From Candidatus Latescibacterota bacterium (GTDB taxonomy: Bacteria > Latescibacterota > UBA2968), in NCBI GenBank assembly GCA_965116885.1, contig OZ220741.1, positions 96,001 to 160,000 on the forward strand: a stretch of 64,000 bases of DNA, in the 5' to 3' direction. The notes below the pieces were generated by a model, which worked only from the letters and a program-made list of their open reading frames with translations, made no database searches and was not told the origin of the DNA. The position numbers were made by a program, and so were the translations under genes. Within the stretch, counting starts at the first letter, position 1, and every line of letters starts with the position of its first letter. Below are positions 1 to 9,651 of this stretch, one piece after another.

Positions 1-702
1 ATCCGCCCCTTCTCGCAGCAGAAAATACGTATTGACGGGACGCCAGCCAGTGGTTGGTTGCCAATTTTCCCAGAGATATTTTGCGCCTCCGGACGTAAAT
101 CCACCTGTTGAAACATAATCGAATTGCAGTGTAGAATTGTGGGGCACATCTTTTAATACCGCTGTGATGGTGCGCTCGCCTCCGTGGTGATTGCTCTCAG
201 CGGTGATGGTCTTGCCAATCGGATCTTCGTCTCCAAACAACCGTTTTGCCGCCGATTCTGTTATCGCGATCGCATTGGGATTGGGAAATGCCGTTTCGAG
301 ATTGCCGCGCACAAATGGAAAATCGAAAATTTCAAACAACTCGGGATCGGCAACACAGACACCCATCTCAAACTTTTTTTTCTTTAAACGCACATCTGGG
401 AACAACAACATCACGCGCACGGCTTTTTCTACTTCGGGAAAGTCCCGCTCAAGCGCTCCTGCCAGCGCACCCGACGTATATGGTAGATAATCCGATTGCC
501 CTCCGGCTCTGGTCTCCCGGATAACCTGATAGATCCGATCTCCTTTTGCATGCCAGCTATCAAAACTCAACTCATCCTGAATATAGAGCACGATCAAAAT
601 GCACGTACCCAGACCAATGGCAAGCCCCAAAATATTGATGGCACTAAAGGTCTTTTGCCGCTTGAGATTTCTCAGCGCGATAATCAGATAATTTCTAAAC
701 AC
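1..702 (-). CDS. ABC transporter permease, MacB/FtsX-like (N-terminal part; runs off the window)
   Basis: Not in the ORF track (no stop inside the window). Manual translation from GTG at 702: MFRNYLIIALRNLKRQKTFSAINILGLAIGLGTCILIVLYIQDELSFDSWH...DFPEVEKAVR, the typical N-terminus of large MacB-like permeases; open to base 1; GGGAAGGG RBS upstream. Confidence 0.9.
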   Translation of the reverse strand, partial: MFRNYLIIALRNLKRQKTFSAINILGLAIGLGTCILIVLYIQDELSFDSWHAKGDRIYQVIRETRAGGQSDYLPYTSGALAGALERDFPEVEKAVRVMLLFPDVRLKKKKFEMGVCVADPELFEIFDFPFVRGNLETAFPNPNAIAITESAAKRLFGDEDPIGKTITAESNHHGGERTITAVLKDVPHNSTLQFDYVSTGGFTSGGAKYLWENWQPTTGWRPVNTYFLLREGAD

Positions 703-773
703 AATAACCCTTCCCGCAACAAGAGACAAACCTGATAAATAATTGGGTGGAAAGTTTTCCACCCCAAAAAGAA

Positions 774-790
774 AGCAATTTCTATGCCAA
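774..790 (-). promoter_or_regulatory. sigma-54 (-24/-12) promoter upstream of the ABC permease
   Basis: Minus strand reads TTGGCATAGAAATTGCT, with exact GG-N10-GC spacing and a near-consensus TGGCAC-N5-TTGC, about 70 nt upstream of the start. Confidence 0.75.
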
Positions 791-865
791 AATTCTCTTC
801 TCTATATTTTACAATTAGTTATGAAAATATGCCTGCTGTATTATCCGTTTTAAACCACACAACAT

Positions 866-1664
866 TCAAATCACCAACCGCTTCATCTCGTGCTTCTTAG
901 CGAAATACACATTATTCCCCATCACAGGACCGGGGACTTGGAAGGCGTCTTCTTCCTCGTACAAAGGCGTAATAGCGCGGTGGGCTGGATCGAATTCATA
1001 AAAAGATGCAGTCGTAAAACCGTATAGCTTCCCATCGGGTCCGTTCTGAAGACCCAGATCCAGCGGACGATCATCTAATGGAATCGCACAGAGAAACGCC
1101 CGTGAAACAGGATCAAACGCAAACAGAACAGGACCCCCATCGCCCAGAGCCGTACCGTAAAGCAAACCATCCTCACCCACCACAAGCGCATTAATCGCTG
1201 AAATCCGCCTATCAAGCGTCCCCTCCCACACCTTCTCTTCCCGTTCATAATCCCACAAAAACAACACCGCCTGAGAAACCCGCGGACGGGTACCGGACCC
1301 GCCGTTAATCGTCGTCCCCACCGCGAGCAAATCCTGGCGAGACAGCCATGCCAGCGACCAGCTACTCGCCTCCCCGGCGATATCGCGGTAAGACCCAAAC
1401 TGCTCCGTACCCGGATCGAACCACGACAACGGACCACCCCACAAACCGTAATCCGGAACAGACGCAATCCACACCCGCGCCACCGGACATCGTCGGTAGC
1501 GGTTCAGACTCGGGAAGCGACGCCACCTTCACCACCATAAAACCATCTGCCTGCTGGCCCATCACAGCCACCAGACAATCGCGGTCCTCTGCATCCAGCG
1601 TTGGGAAAATACGCACCCAATTGACACTGCGGATCGGCACGCCAAGAGTATGGACAGAAGACAT
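866..1664 (-). pseudogene. Beta-propeller-like protein, internally deleted and frameshifted
   Basis: N-terminal fragment (1664: MSSVHTLGVPIRSVNWVRIF...MGQQADGFMVV) and C-terminal propeller-like fragment (1483-866: RVWIASVPDYGLWGG...DGLLYG...GPDGKLYG) lie in different frames, joined near 1478-1527. Confidence 0.6.
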
Positions 1665-1675
1665 ATTTACATTCC

Positions 1676-1714
1676 AAAAAAATATGGGATGACCCGTTTT
1701 TGGATCACCCCACA
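1676..1714 (-). terminator. Rho-independent terminator of the PBP1A gene
   Basis: Minus strand GGGGTGATCC-AAAAAC-GGGTCATCCC (G-U pairs) followed by a T run, directly after the stop at 1719. Confidence 0.7.
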
Positions 1715-1718
1715 GAAA

Positions 1719-3914
1719 TCAAAACTGATATTCCCGCTTAGTCCTCGGCTTTTTCGGTTGACTGGGCGAGGGCAAAGACTGCGGATTCGACGTATGGATG
1801 TGACACGGGTGTTTGGGTTCAGTACCCGGCTTAAACACCTCGGTATAGCGCTTAGAACAATAAATAGACGCCACCTCATAAGTCTCCCCACAAACCTCCA
1901 CCTTTGGAATATCCTCTGGCAGCACAAAATCTTCAACCGGCAGCCTCAGCATGGCATGGGCACGCTGCATAAACTCCGCCCAAATCGGCAACGCCACAGC
2001 CGCACCCGACATTCTGCTCCCCATCGACACCTTGGAATCAAACCCCACCCAAACCCCACACACAATCTGCGGCGTAAACCCGATAAACCACGCATCGGCA
2101 TACTCCTGCGTCGTACCCGTCTTCCCCGCGGCGGGACGACGAAATCCATAAGCCGTACGCGCACTCCACCCGGTACCCGTCAAAACCGCGTAATTTTCCC
2201 CCGCCCGCATATCCAGAATCGACTGCATCAGATTCACTGTCACAGCCGCAGTCTCCTCACTCAACACAACCTGTTCGCGCCCCTGCACATTCTCCTCGAG
2301 CACATTGCCATTCTTATCCTCAATCTTCAAAATCGACATCGGCACCACGCGAATACCCTTATTCGCCAGCGTACCATAAGCCGACACCAATTCCAACAAC
2401 TTGACCTCACTCGTCCCCATCCCCAAAGACAAAACCGGTTGAATCTGCGAATCAATACCCATCTTCATCGCGTAATCCACCACCGTCTTCGGTCCTACCG
2501 CTCGCAACACCTGAGTCGTCACCACATTGCGAGAACCCGCAAGCCCCTCGCGCATCGTCATCCACCCCAAAAATTTTCGGTCGTAATTCTCCGGCTGCCA
2601 ATACGTCCCGTCATACATCTCAACCGACACAGCCGTATCGGGCAACCGCCACGTCGGCGTATGGCCCTTATCAACCGCAGCTGTATAAATAAAAGGCTTA
2701 AAAGCAGACCCCGGCTGACGCATAGCCTGCGTTGCGCGATTGAACTTACTCTCTTCAAAATTGCGCCCGCCCACCAGCGCCAAAACATGTCCCGTATGCG
2801 GATCCAGCGCCACCAGCGCCCCCTGCAACACCAGATTGGCCAGCGTATCCTGATGCGTCTTAATCTTCGCAAAAAACGCCGCCCCCGGGGGATCGCGCTT
2901 CCATTTGTCAGCCACGCGATCTTTTAGCGCCATCAATTTTTCCGACACCACATCCTCTGCAATCTCCTGCAACCGACTATCCAGCGTCGTAGTAACAGTC
3001 GCGCCATCGTAAAGTACACTCAGACCATAGGTATGCTCCAAATACTTGCGGATATCCTCTGTAAAATAAGGGGCTTCTCCCGTCTCCTCGCGATTCTCCT
3101 TCAAAACAATTGGACGCTGGGCAGTCGAATCGTATTCTGCCGCCGTAATCTTGCCCGACCCCCGCAAATTGTACAATACCACATTATTGCGCCTATCCAG
3201 CGACCGCTCGGGATGATAAATCGGCGAATAGGGCATCGGCCCCTTCAAAAGCCCGACCAACAACGCCCCCTCATCCAGCGTCAAACTTTCGACATTCTTC
3301 CCAAAAAAACGACGCGCAGCAGTCTGAATACCATAAGCACTATTGCCAAAATACATCTGATTAAAATACATCGTAATAATCTCACGCTTGGTATAGGTGC
3401 GCTCCAAAAGCACGGCGGTCAACTGCTCCTGAATTTTGCGCGTCCACGTTGGATCCAGCGTCAGAAAAATATTGCGCGCCAGTTGTTGTGTCAGCGTACT
3501 CGCACCGTGCCCTTTTAAGGTACCCGACGTATAAACATTGCGGAACACCACGCGAATAATATCGGGGACACTCACACCCCAATGCCCCCAAAAACGCTGA
3601 TCTTCTGTGACAATCAGAGCGTCAATCACAGCACGCGGCAATTGCTCAAACGCGATGGGATCGCGTCTCTGCACCCAGAACTTTTTCAACTCCACCCCAT
3701 CTCGGGAAAAAATATTAGTCGTCTGTGCGGGATCCACATCCTCCAGCTTGTCAAAAGACGGCAAGCCATCTTTGTACCCATAAATCACCGCAACAGCAAT
3801 GCCCAAATACCCCACCGCGCAAATCGCACAATAGATCGCCATACGGGAAAGATGGGGCCTTATCCCGTAGATATAAGGTTTCAGGCGATCAATATATGGT
3901 TTTATCCTATCCAT
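1719..3914 (-). CDS. mrcA: Class A penicillin-binding protein (PBP1A family, transglycosylase/transpeptidase)
   Basis: N-terminal TM; EDQRFWGHWG, GASTLTQQLARN, RKIQE transglycosylase motifs; RQPGSAFKP (SxxK), SRN and KTGT transpeptidase motifs. Confidence 0.95.
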   Translation of the reverse strand: MDRIKPYIDRLKPYIYGIRPHLSRMAIYCAICAVGYLGIAVAVIYGYKDGLPSFDKLEDVDPAQTTNIFSRDGVELKKFWVQRRDPIAFEQLPRAVIDALIVTEDQRFWGHWGVSVPDIIRVVFRNVYTSGTLKGHGASTLTQQLARNIFLTLDPTWTRKIQEQLTAVLLERTYTKREIITMYFNQMYFGNSAYGIQTAARRFFGKNVESLTLDEGALLVGLLKGPMPYSPIYHPERSLDRRNNVVLYNLRGSGKITAAEYDSTAQRPIVLKENREETGEAPYFTEDIRKYLEHTYGLSVLYDGATVTTTLDSRLQEIAEDVVSEKLMALKDRVADKWKRDPPGAAFFAKIKTHQDTLANLVLQGALVALDPHTGHVLALVGGRNFEESKFNRATQAMRQPGSAFKPFIYTAAVDKGHTPTWRLPDTAVSVEMYDGTYWQPENYDRKFLGWMTMREGLAGSRNVVTTQVLRAVGPKTVVDYAMKMGIDSQIQPVLSLGMGTSEVKLLELVSAYGTLANKGIRVVPMSILKIEDKNGNVLEENVQGREQVVLSEETAAVTVNLMQSILDMRAGENYAVLTGTGWSARTAYGFRRPAAGKTGTTQEYADAWFIGFTPQIVCGVWVGFDSKVSMGSRMSGAAVALPIWAEFMQRAHAMLRLPVEDFVLPEDIPKVEVCGETYEVASIYCSKRYTEVFKPGTEPKHPCHIHTSNPQSLPSPSQPKKPRTKREYQF

Positions 3915-3920
3915 CCTGAT

Positions 3921-5528
3921 CTAATCCGGGTAAAGCCACGGCACGCGGCTGATGAGATAATCGCGCTGTTCCTGCATCATCACCTCAATCACAGTAGGAC
4001 CTTCCAAACCCAGCGTATCCGCAAAAACCGCTTCAAAACGGTCTGGATCATCCACGCGAATACCCCTTGCCCCCAGAGACCGCGCGAGATCTGCAAGACG
4101 AGGCGTCTTCATATCTGTATCGATCACCCGACCATTAAAAGCCCTGGCCTGAGCGCCGCGAATCGCCGAAAGACTGCCATCATTGGAAACAACCGAAACC
4201 GTCCCAACACCGTGTTCAGCTGCAGTAGCGAGTTCGCTCGCCGTCATCTGAAACCCACCATCGCCACAAAACGCAATAACCAGCCGATCTGGACACGCGA
4301 GCTTCGCGCCAATAGCAGCGGGAACTGCAAAACCCAGCGTAACCGAATGACTGGGATAGAGAAACGTACGCGGAATAGCAATCGGATATTCGTCAAACGC
4401 GCGATACCCAATAGACGTAACATCCACCACAATAATCGCATCCTCTGGAAGCGAATTGCGCGTAACGCCCATAATAGGCACTGGCGCGCGATTGGACGCG
4501 GCCTCGGCCCGCGTGCGATCAATAAAATCGCCCCAATCAGCCGCATAACCAGCCGCTACCTCGGCGAGTTGGGGAATCGATTGCGCCAAATCGCCCGAAG
4601 CTCCCGCCTCAATCGGATACTCGCGCCCAAGCTCGCGCGGATCGGGATCGAGTTGAACCTTGAGATCCGGCAGAGGAAGCGACCAACTCCGCGTATCGAT
4701 CTGCGTAAAGCGACAGCCAATACCGAGCAGCAAATCCGCACTACCGAGAATAGTCTTACCCGCCTGAGCAGAACAATGCCCCACAGTCAGAGGATGACCA
4801 TCTGGCATAACCCCCTTCCCCAAACGGGAATAAACAACCGGAATATTGAGACCCTCTGCGAGAGAACAAAGCGCGTCGGTAGCATTGGCGTGAATAACCG
4901 CACTACCCGCCAGAATAGCCGGACGCTTCGCCGTGCGAAGCACTCGGGCCACGCGGTCAATATCCGCGCCATCGGGACACAGGCGATCCCCTTCAACCAC
5001 AGGTGGAATATCCGCCATACCCTCCTCTGCAGCCACATCAGTCGGCACTTCAATAACCGCAGGACCAGGACGCGGCGCGCGCAATGCTTTGAAAGCACCA
5101 ACGACCGCATCGGGAATTTCATCAATAGATTTGGGACGTGCAAAAAAGTGCGTAATTGACTTAAAAAAAGTCTCCTGATCCAAACCGTGAAAACACTTGG
5201 CGCGATCCCGCCCGTCAAAAGCCACCTCTGTCCCCCCGGTAATCAACAGCACGGGAACGCAATCCGTATGGGCATCCACCAGACCCGTAGAAGCATTTGT
5301 CGAACCGGGACCCGGAACAGTAAGCGCGACACCAACGCGCCCAGACGCACGCGCATACCCATTCGCAATCAGAGTCGCACCCTGTTCGTGGCGGATGAGC
5401 AAATGGCGAATCCCACCAGCGCGCAGCACCGCATCGTAAAGATGAATATTCTGATTGCCGGGCATACCTGTAAGCGTATCAACACCCTGCGCTTTCAGAC
5501 TTTGAATAAGAACATCGGCACCTGTCAT
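3921..5528 (-). CDS. Thiamine-diphosphate-dependent enzyme, acetolactate synthase large-subunit-like
   Basis: MTGADVLI start after an AAGGAA RBS; RHEQGA, PGPG and the GDGGF...NDG ThDP-binding motif. Substrate unknown. Confidence 0.88.
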   Translation of the reverse strand: MTGADVLIQSLKAQGVDTLTGMPGNQNIHLYDAVLRAGGIRHLLIRHEQGATLIANGYARASGRVGVALTVPGPGSTNASTGLVDAHTDCVPVLLITGGTEVAFDGRDRAKCFHGLDQETFFKSITHFFARPKSIDEIPDAVVGAFKALRAPRPGPAVIEVPTDVAAEEGMADIPPVVEGDRLCPDGADIDRVARVLRTAKRPAILAGSAVIHANATDALCSLAEGLNIPVVYSRLGKGVMPDGHPLTVGHCSAQAGKTILGSADLLLGIGCRFTQIDTRSWSLPLPDLKVQLDPDPRELGREYPIEAGASGDLAQSIPQLAEVAAGYAADWGDFIDRTRAEAASNRAPVPIMGVTRNSLPEDAIIVVDVTSIGYRAFDEYPIAIPRTFLYPSHSVTLGFAVPAAIGAKLACPDRLVIAFCGDGGFQMTASELATAAEHGVGTVSVVSNDGSLSAIRGAQARAFNGRVIDTDMKTPRLADLARSLGARGIRVDDPDRFEAVFADTLGLEGPTVIEVMMQEQRDYLISRVPWLYPD

Positions 5529-5541
5529 AAAAAAATTCCTT

Positions 5542-6627
5542 TCAACGCACAAAAAGATCGAAATATTCTGCAGCAGTCTTATCCCAGGTAAACTCAGAAC
5601 GCACATAATCGCGGGCTTCGCGTTCTATTTCCTCGCGCTCTGTTGCGGGCAACTCAAAAAATGCGTGAATCTGATTGACAAACGCCTGGTAATCATTAGG
5701 CGGGATCAAATAACCGCCCTTGCTCACACTCTCCGTAAGCGCATCCACAGCAAAAGCAACAACAGGCGTGCCATCGTGCATACATTCGAGATGGGTAATG
5801 CCAAACCCTTCCACATCGTTGGGATAGGGCACATTGGGCATAATAAAAAGATCGGCTTCTCCTCTGATAAAACCCAATTCTCGATCGCTTAGATAAAGCA
5901 ACAACACCCGATCTCGAAGATCGTTTTCTTCCCAAATCTCGCGAATGCGCTCGGCATCTGGCCCAGAACCGCTCACGATCAGTTTGATATCTCGATTGAG
6001 CAAAGGCACGCCGCATGCCAAAAATTTGGCCACACCTTTGCGGGGCACCTGCCTGCCAAAATTCAAAACAATCTTATCCCGTCCAAATTGAACACTGTGT
6101 TCGGCTTCAAATCGCGCTTTGAGAGCCTCGCGCTGCGCCCTGGAAATACTGGGCGGATCGATACCGAGATAAATAATATCAATTTTTTCAGCGGGCACAC
6201 CTGCCTGAATACTAACTGTCCTGGTAATTTGACTGATAACAGCCACCCTGTCACAAAACGAAACCCCAAAGCGCATCATGCGGCTAAATATTGGGTTGGA
6301 AAACGTCATCTCCAAACCGTAAATAGTCACCACAAAACGCATGCGCGTGAACAACCTCAAAAATGGCGCAATAGAACAAATCACGCCATCGCTAAAATAA
6401 ATCGCATCAACCCGCCTGAAAAGAACACAAAAAAAAGAAACAAAAAACGCATAAGGCACGAACCAGATCAGATGCAAAAGCGAATCTCTACCCAGTGCGA
6501 CCAGTCTGACCGAACACATCTCAATCAAACGATGATAGAGATTATAACAATGCGTCTGAATACCGCCCACGCTGGGCGGATAGCGACGCGCGAGAAAAAG
6601 GATGCGGAAGTTGTTTTTAGAAGACAT
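5542..6627 (-). CDS. Glycosyltransferase family 4 (GT-B)
   Basis: YPPSVGGIQ N-terminus, GRQVPRKG, and EGFGITHLE (EX7E) motif. Confidence 0.9.
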   Translation of the reverse strand: MSSKNNFRILFLARRYPPSVGGIQTHCYNLYHRLIEMCSVRLVALGRDSLLHLIWFVPYAFFVSFFCVLFRRVDAIYFSDGVICSIAPFLRLFTRMRFVVTIYGLEMTFSNPIFSRMMRFGVSFCDRVAVISQITRTVSIQAGVPAEKIDIIYLGIDPPSISRAQREALKARFEAEHSVQFGRDKIVLNFGRQVPRKGVAKFLACGVPLLNRDIKLIVSGSGPDAERIREIWEENDLRDRVLLLYLSDRELGFIRGEADLFIMPNVPYPNDVEGFGITHLECMHDGTPVVAFAVDALTESVSKGGYLIPPNDYQAFVNQIHAFFELPATEREEIEREARDYVRSEFTWDKTAAEYFDLFVR

Positions 6628-6629
6628 AA

Positions 6630-7685
6630 CTATGCAATATCCGCCTGCTCACTGCGCTGGACGAGTTCTCGTTCGGCTCGCTCGCGGTCCGCTGCGTTTT
6701 CAAGCGGAATAACAGTCGCACCGGGACGGGGTTTGGGATACAAAATGCGACTGGCACCAGCATGGTTCATAGCCTCAACAACGGGTTTCGTATCGCATGC
6801 AAGCGCGATAATAGTACCACCACCCCCCGCGCCAGCGAGCTTTGCGCCCAGTGCGCCGCCATCCAATGCAGCCTGAATCAGCCGCTCATTTTCCGGACCA
6901 GACCCGCCCAGATCGCGCTGAATCTCGTGGTTCTCTATCATCAGCGCGCCCAGATGCGCCCAATCTTTGGCGAGAATCGCGCGTTTGCCCATACGCGCCA
7001 GATGGGCAATCCGCAAATAGCAACGCCTGACCTCTCGATCGCCCTCTAACCAGCGCTCTCGAATCGGCAGATGAACAGTACCCGACGAGCGCTGGACACC
7101 CGTATGTCCCAGCACAAAGGGATAATCCCCAACGTATTCGTGGAGCGGTTCAACAGTCGCATAAGGTTCATCGCCAAATGCGCGATAAAACTGCTTGCCA
7201 TTAAAATCCATATAATTCAAACCGCCAAACATGCACATATACGCATCTTGGTACCCGCATAACGCCATATAGTTCAATTCAATATGCCGCGCCATCTCAG
7301 CGCAAAAAAACGGATGCTCATCGCGTCCCAGAAATGCAAAAATCGCGTTGAGAATAGACACACTCATAGCTGACGAACTGGAAAGCCCGGCGGCAAAGGG
7401 CACATTGCAGGCCCAGCGCAGAGCAAATTTTGCACTGCCGAGATCCAAAAAATGGACAATGGCCCTGGCCACATCAAAATAGTCGCCATCCGGATACAAA
7501 TCTTCGGGGCGATGCACTTCAAAGCGTTGCCCGGCAACCTCAAAACTAAGCACATCGGACGGCTCAATCAAAACCGCGGCGCGTTCCTGCGTTGAACACG
7601 AAATAACGCTACCGCCGTACATATCGGTGGGATTGCCAATAATGCCACACCGCCCTGGGGCAGTGGAAAAAAACGCATGCGTCAT
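6630..7685 (-). CDS. GHMP-family sugar kinase, glucuronokinase-like
   Basis: APGRCGIIGNPTDMYGG, PFAAGLSSSSA ATP loop, GYQD and GAKLAGAGGGG. Confidence 0.85.
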   Translation of the reverse strand: MTHAFFSTAPGRCGIIGNPTDMYGGSVISCSTQERAAVLIEPSDVLSFEVAGQRFEVHRPEDLYPDGDYFDVARAIVHFLDLGSAKFALRWACNVPFAAGLSSSSAMSVSILNAIFAFLGRDEHPFFCAEMARHIELNYMALCGYQDAYMCMFGGLNYMDFNGKQFYRAFGDEPYATVEPLHEYVGDYPFVLGHTGVQRSSGTVHLPIRERWLEGDREVRRCYLRIAHLARMGKRAILAKDWAHLGALMIENHEIQRDLGGSGPENERLIQAALDGGALGAKLAGAGGGGTIIALACDTKPVVEAMNHAGASRILYPKPRPGATVIPLENAADRERAERELVQRSEQADIA

Positions 7686-8587
7686 TAGAATTGTCTCAAG
7701 CGCTTTTGCAGGTACTGGCGAAGAAGGTACCCATAGCGCTGATCAAAGAGGGTAAAATCGATGAAAGATTTAAAATACGATTCAAAATCGCCGATATCAT
7801 AGCGCAATTCTTCGGGATACAACTTGATACAGCGAACAGGGTGCCCCATTTTGATAAGCGTCGAAATCGCATCTGTAAGCTCGAGCTTGCCCCTGTAACT
7901 GGGAGATGTGCGTTTGAGAGCGGTAAAAATTTCGGGATTAAAAACATAACGCGCGGCCACGCCGAGATTGCTCGGTGCATTTTCCGGCGCGGGCTTCTCC
8001 ACAATATGCGCGATTTCAAAATCGTCTTCAGGCTCGCCATTCACAGGCTCGACAATACCATACTGGTTTTCTTCGCCCCGGGGCACTTCGACAACCGCAA
8101 TAGTACAACTGGACCCATTTTCTCGGTGCGATTTGATCATCCGCCGCACGAGACCCGCATGATTGCCCGACTTTATAATCGTATCGCCAAACGCAACCAC
8201 AAAAGGCTCGCCTGCAACAAAATCCTCAGCCCTGCCAATGGCATCCCCTATACCCCCGGGCGTAATATGCCCGGTGGGAATAATTTGTCGCGTATAAAAA
8301 AATTTAACCCCTTCTTTTTCATAATCAAGCTCATCGAGTGTGTGATCGCTCTCCGAGAGATAATTTTGCAATTCCGGATCCCGGTCAAAGTGATCTTCTA
8401 TCGTTCGCTTATCCTTTCCCGTCACAAAGAGTATCTTTTTTAACCCTTGCTCAACCACCTCTTCAACCACATACTGAACCACGGGTTTTCGCCCCACGGG
8501 CAACATCTCTTTGGGCTGAGATTTGGTCGCTGGTAACAGACTCGTGCCCAATCCAGCAACCGGAATAACGACTTTTTCAATCTCCAT
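7685..8587 (-). CDS. Sugar-1-phosphate nucleotidyltransferase, GalU-like
   Basis: VIPVAGLGTSLLPATKSQPKEMLP, GDT, VEKP, ELTDAI and YDIGD motifs; GGAGGAG RBS upstream of ATG 8587. Confidence 0.88.
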   Translation of the reverse strand: MEIEKVVIPVAGLGTSLLPATKSQPKEMLPVGRKPVVQYVVEEVVEQGLKKILFVTGKDKRTIEDHFDRDPELQNYLSESDHTLDELDYEKEGVKFFYTRQIIPTGHITPGGIGDAIGRAEDFVAGEPFVVAFGDTIIKSGNHAGLVRRMIKSHRENGSSCTIAVVEVPRGEENQYGIVEPVNGEPEDDFEIAHIVEKPAPENAPSNLGVAARYVFNPEIFTALKRTSPSYRGKLELTDAISTLIKMGHPVRCIKLYPEELRYDIGDFESYFKSFIDFTLFDQRYGYLLRQYLQKRLRQF

Positions 8588-8616
8588 AGCGCGATGCTCC
8601 TCCAAATGCCAAATGC

Positions 8617-8645
8617 TTGACAGAGTGCAATTTGTCCCTTAGAAT
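8617..8645 (+). promoter_or_regulatory. sigma-70 promoter of the TauD-Eis-DUF1932 run
   Basis: TTGACA-N17-TAGAAT in the divergent intergenic region. Confidence 0.75.
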
Positions 8646-8703
8646 ATCAATCAAAATAACGGTAGAGCCTTGTAGAACGCAAGGTAAAAGCTGAGAACTT
8701 ATC

Positions 8704-9651
8704 ATGTTAAACAAACAAATAACAGATTCCCGCGCGTGGACTGCTGAAACAATTGATGCGCCTTCTGAATGGTATTACACATTATCCGAACGCTATTTGT
8801 CTGCATTGAACAGCGAAGTGCGGAAAGCGGACGCAATATTTGATCTCCGCGCTTCCGATACCATCGCCTGTGCGCCGTGTCTCCAGCCCGTTCTGGACGC
8901 ATTGCAAACCGGGCGCGGATTTGCCATCATCGAGCGCTTGCCCGTAGAATATTACACGCGGGACCAGGCGCGAGCCGCATATTGGATGATCGGACAGTGT
9001 TTGGGCGTACCCTTTGAACAAAATATCGAGGGCACACTACTATACGACGTACGGGACACCGGGCGAGATGTAAAATCGGGCGCGCGTTTTTCTGTAACCA
9101 ATGCAGAAAGTTCGTTTCACACAGATGGCGCATTCGGAACGCAAGTACCTGAAATAGTCGGCCTGTTATGTATCAAAACCGCGCGGTCGGGTGGGCGCAG
9201 TCAACTGATCAGTTCCTATGCAGTACACAATATATTACACCAACAAGCGCCCAATGTTCTAAACGCGCTCTACTCATCTTTCTATTTTGACCGACGCGGA
9301 CAATATCTCCCGGGCGAAGCACCTGTAAAAAAGACCCCTGTTTTTTCCTGGGATAAACAAACACTAATGATGCGCTACCTGCATTATTATATCCAGATGG
9401 GACATCGAGAAGCAGGAGTGCCACTCACATTAGAACAAGAGCGCGCACTACAAGCCATAGAAGACGTATTAAAACGTCCCGAAATGCGTGTGGAATTTGA
9501 TCTCGCACCCGGACAAATGCTATTTACCAACAACAACTGGATCCTGCACAATCGAACGGCTTTTGAAGATGACGAGCAGAAACGCCACTATGTGCGACTG
9601 TGGTTGATGCAAAAGGACAATGTAGATGGCTGCACTGAGAACCGCGATTGA
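8704..9651 (+). CDS. TauD/TfdA-family Fe(II)/2-oxoglutarate dioxygenase
   Basis: FHTD (HxD), ILHNRTAF and RHYVRLWL motifs. Confidence 0.9.
   Translation: MLNKQITDSRAWTAETIDAPSEWYYTLSERYLSALNSEVRKADAIFDLRASDTIACAPCLQPVLDALQTGRGFAIIERLPVEYYTRDQARAAYWMIGQCLGVPFEQNIEGTLLYDVRDTGRDVKSGARFSVTNAESSFHTDGAFGTQVPEIVGLLCIKTARSGGRSQLISSYAVHNILHQQAPNVLNALYSSFYFDRRGQYLPGEAPVKKTPVFSWDKQTLMMRYLHYYIQMGHREAGVPLTLEQERALQAIEDVLKRPEMRVEFDLAPGQMLFTNNNWILHNRTAFEDDEQKRHYVRLWLMQKDNVDGCTENRD

Noticed and set aside
1650..5159. Long plus-strand ORFs of 425 and 525 aa
   Set aside because: Antisense shadows of PBP1A and the ThDP enzyme; Arg/His-rich with no motifs.
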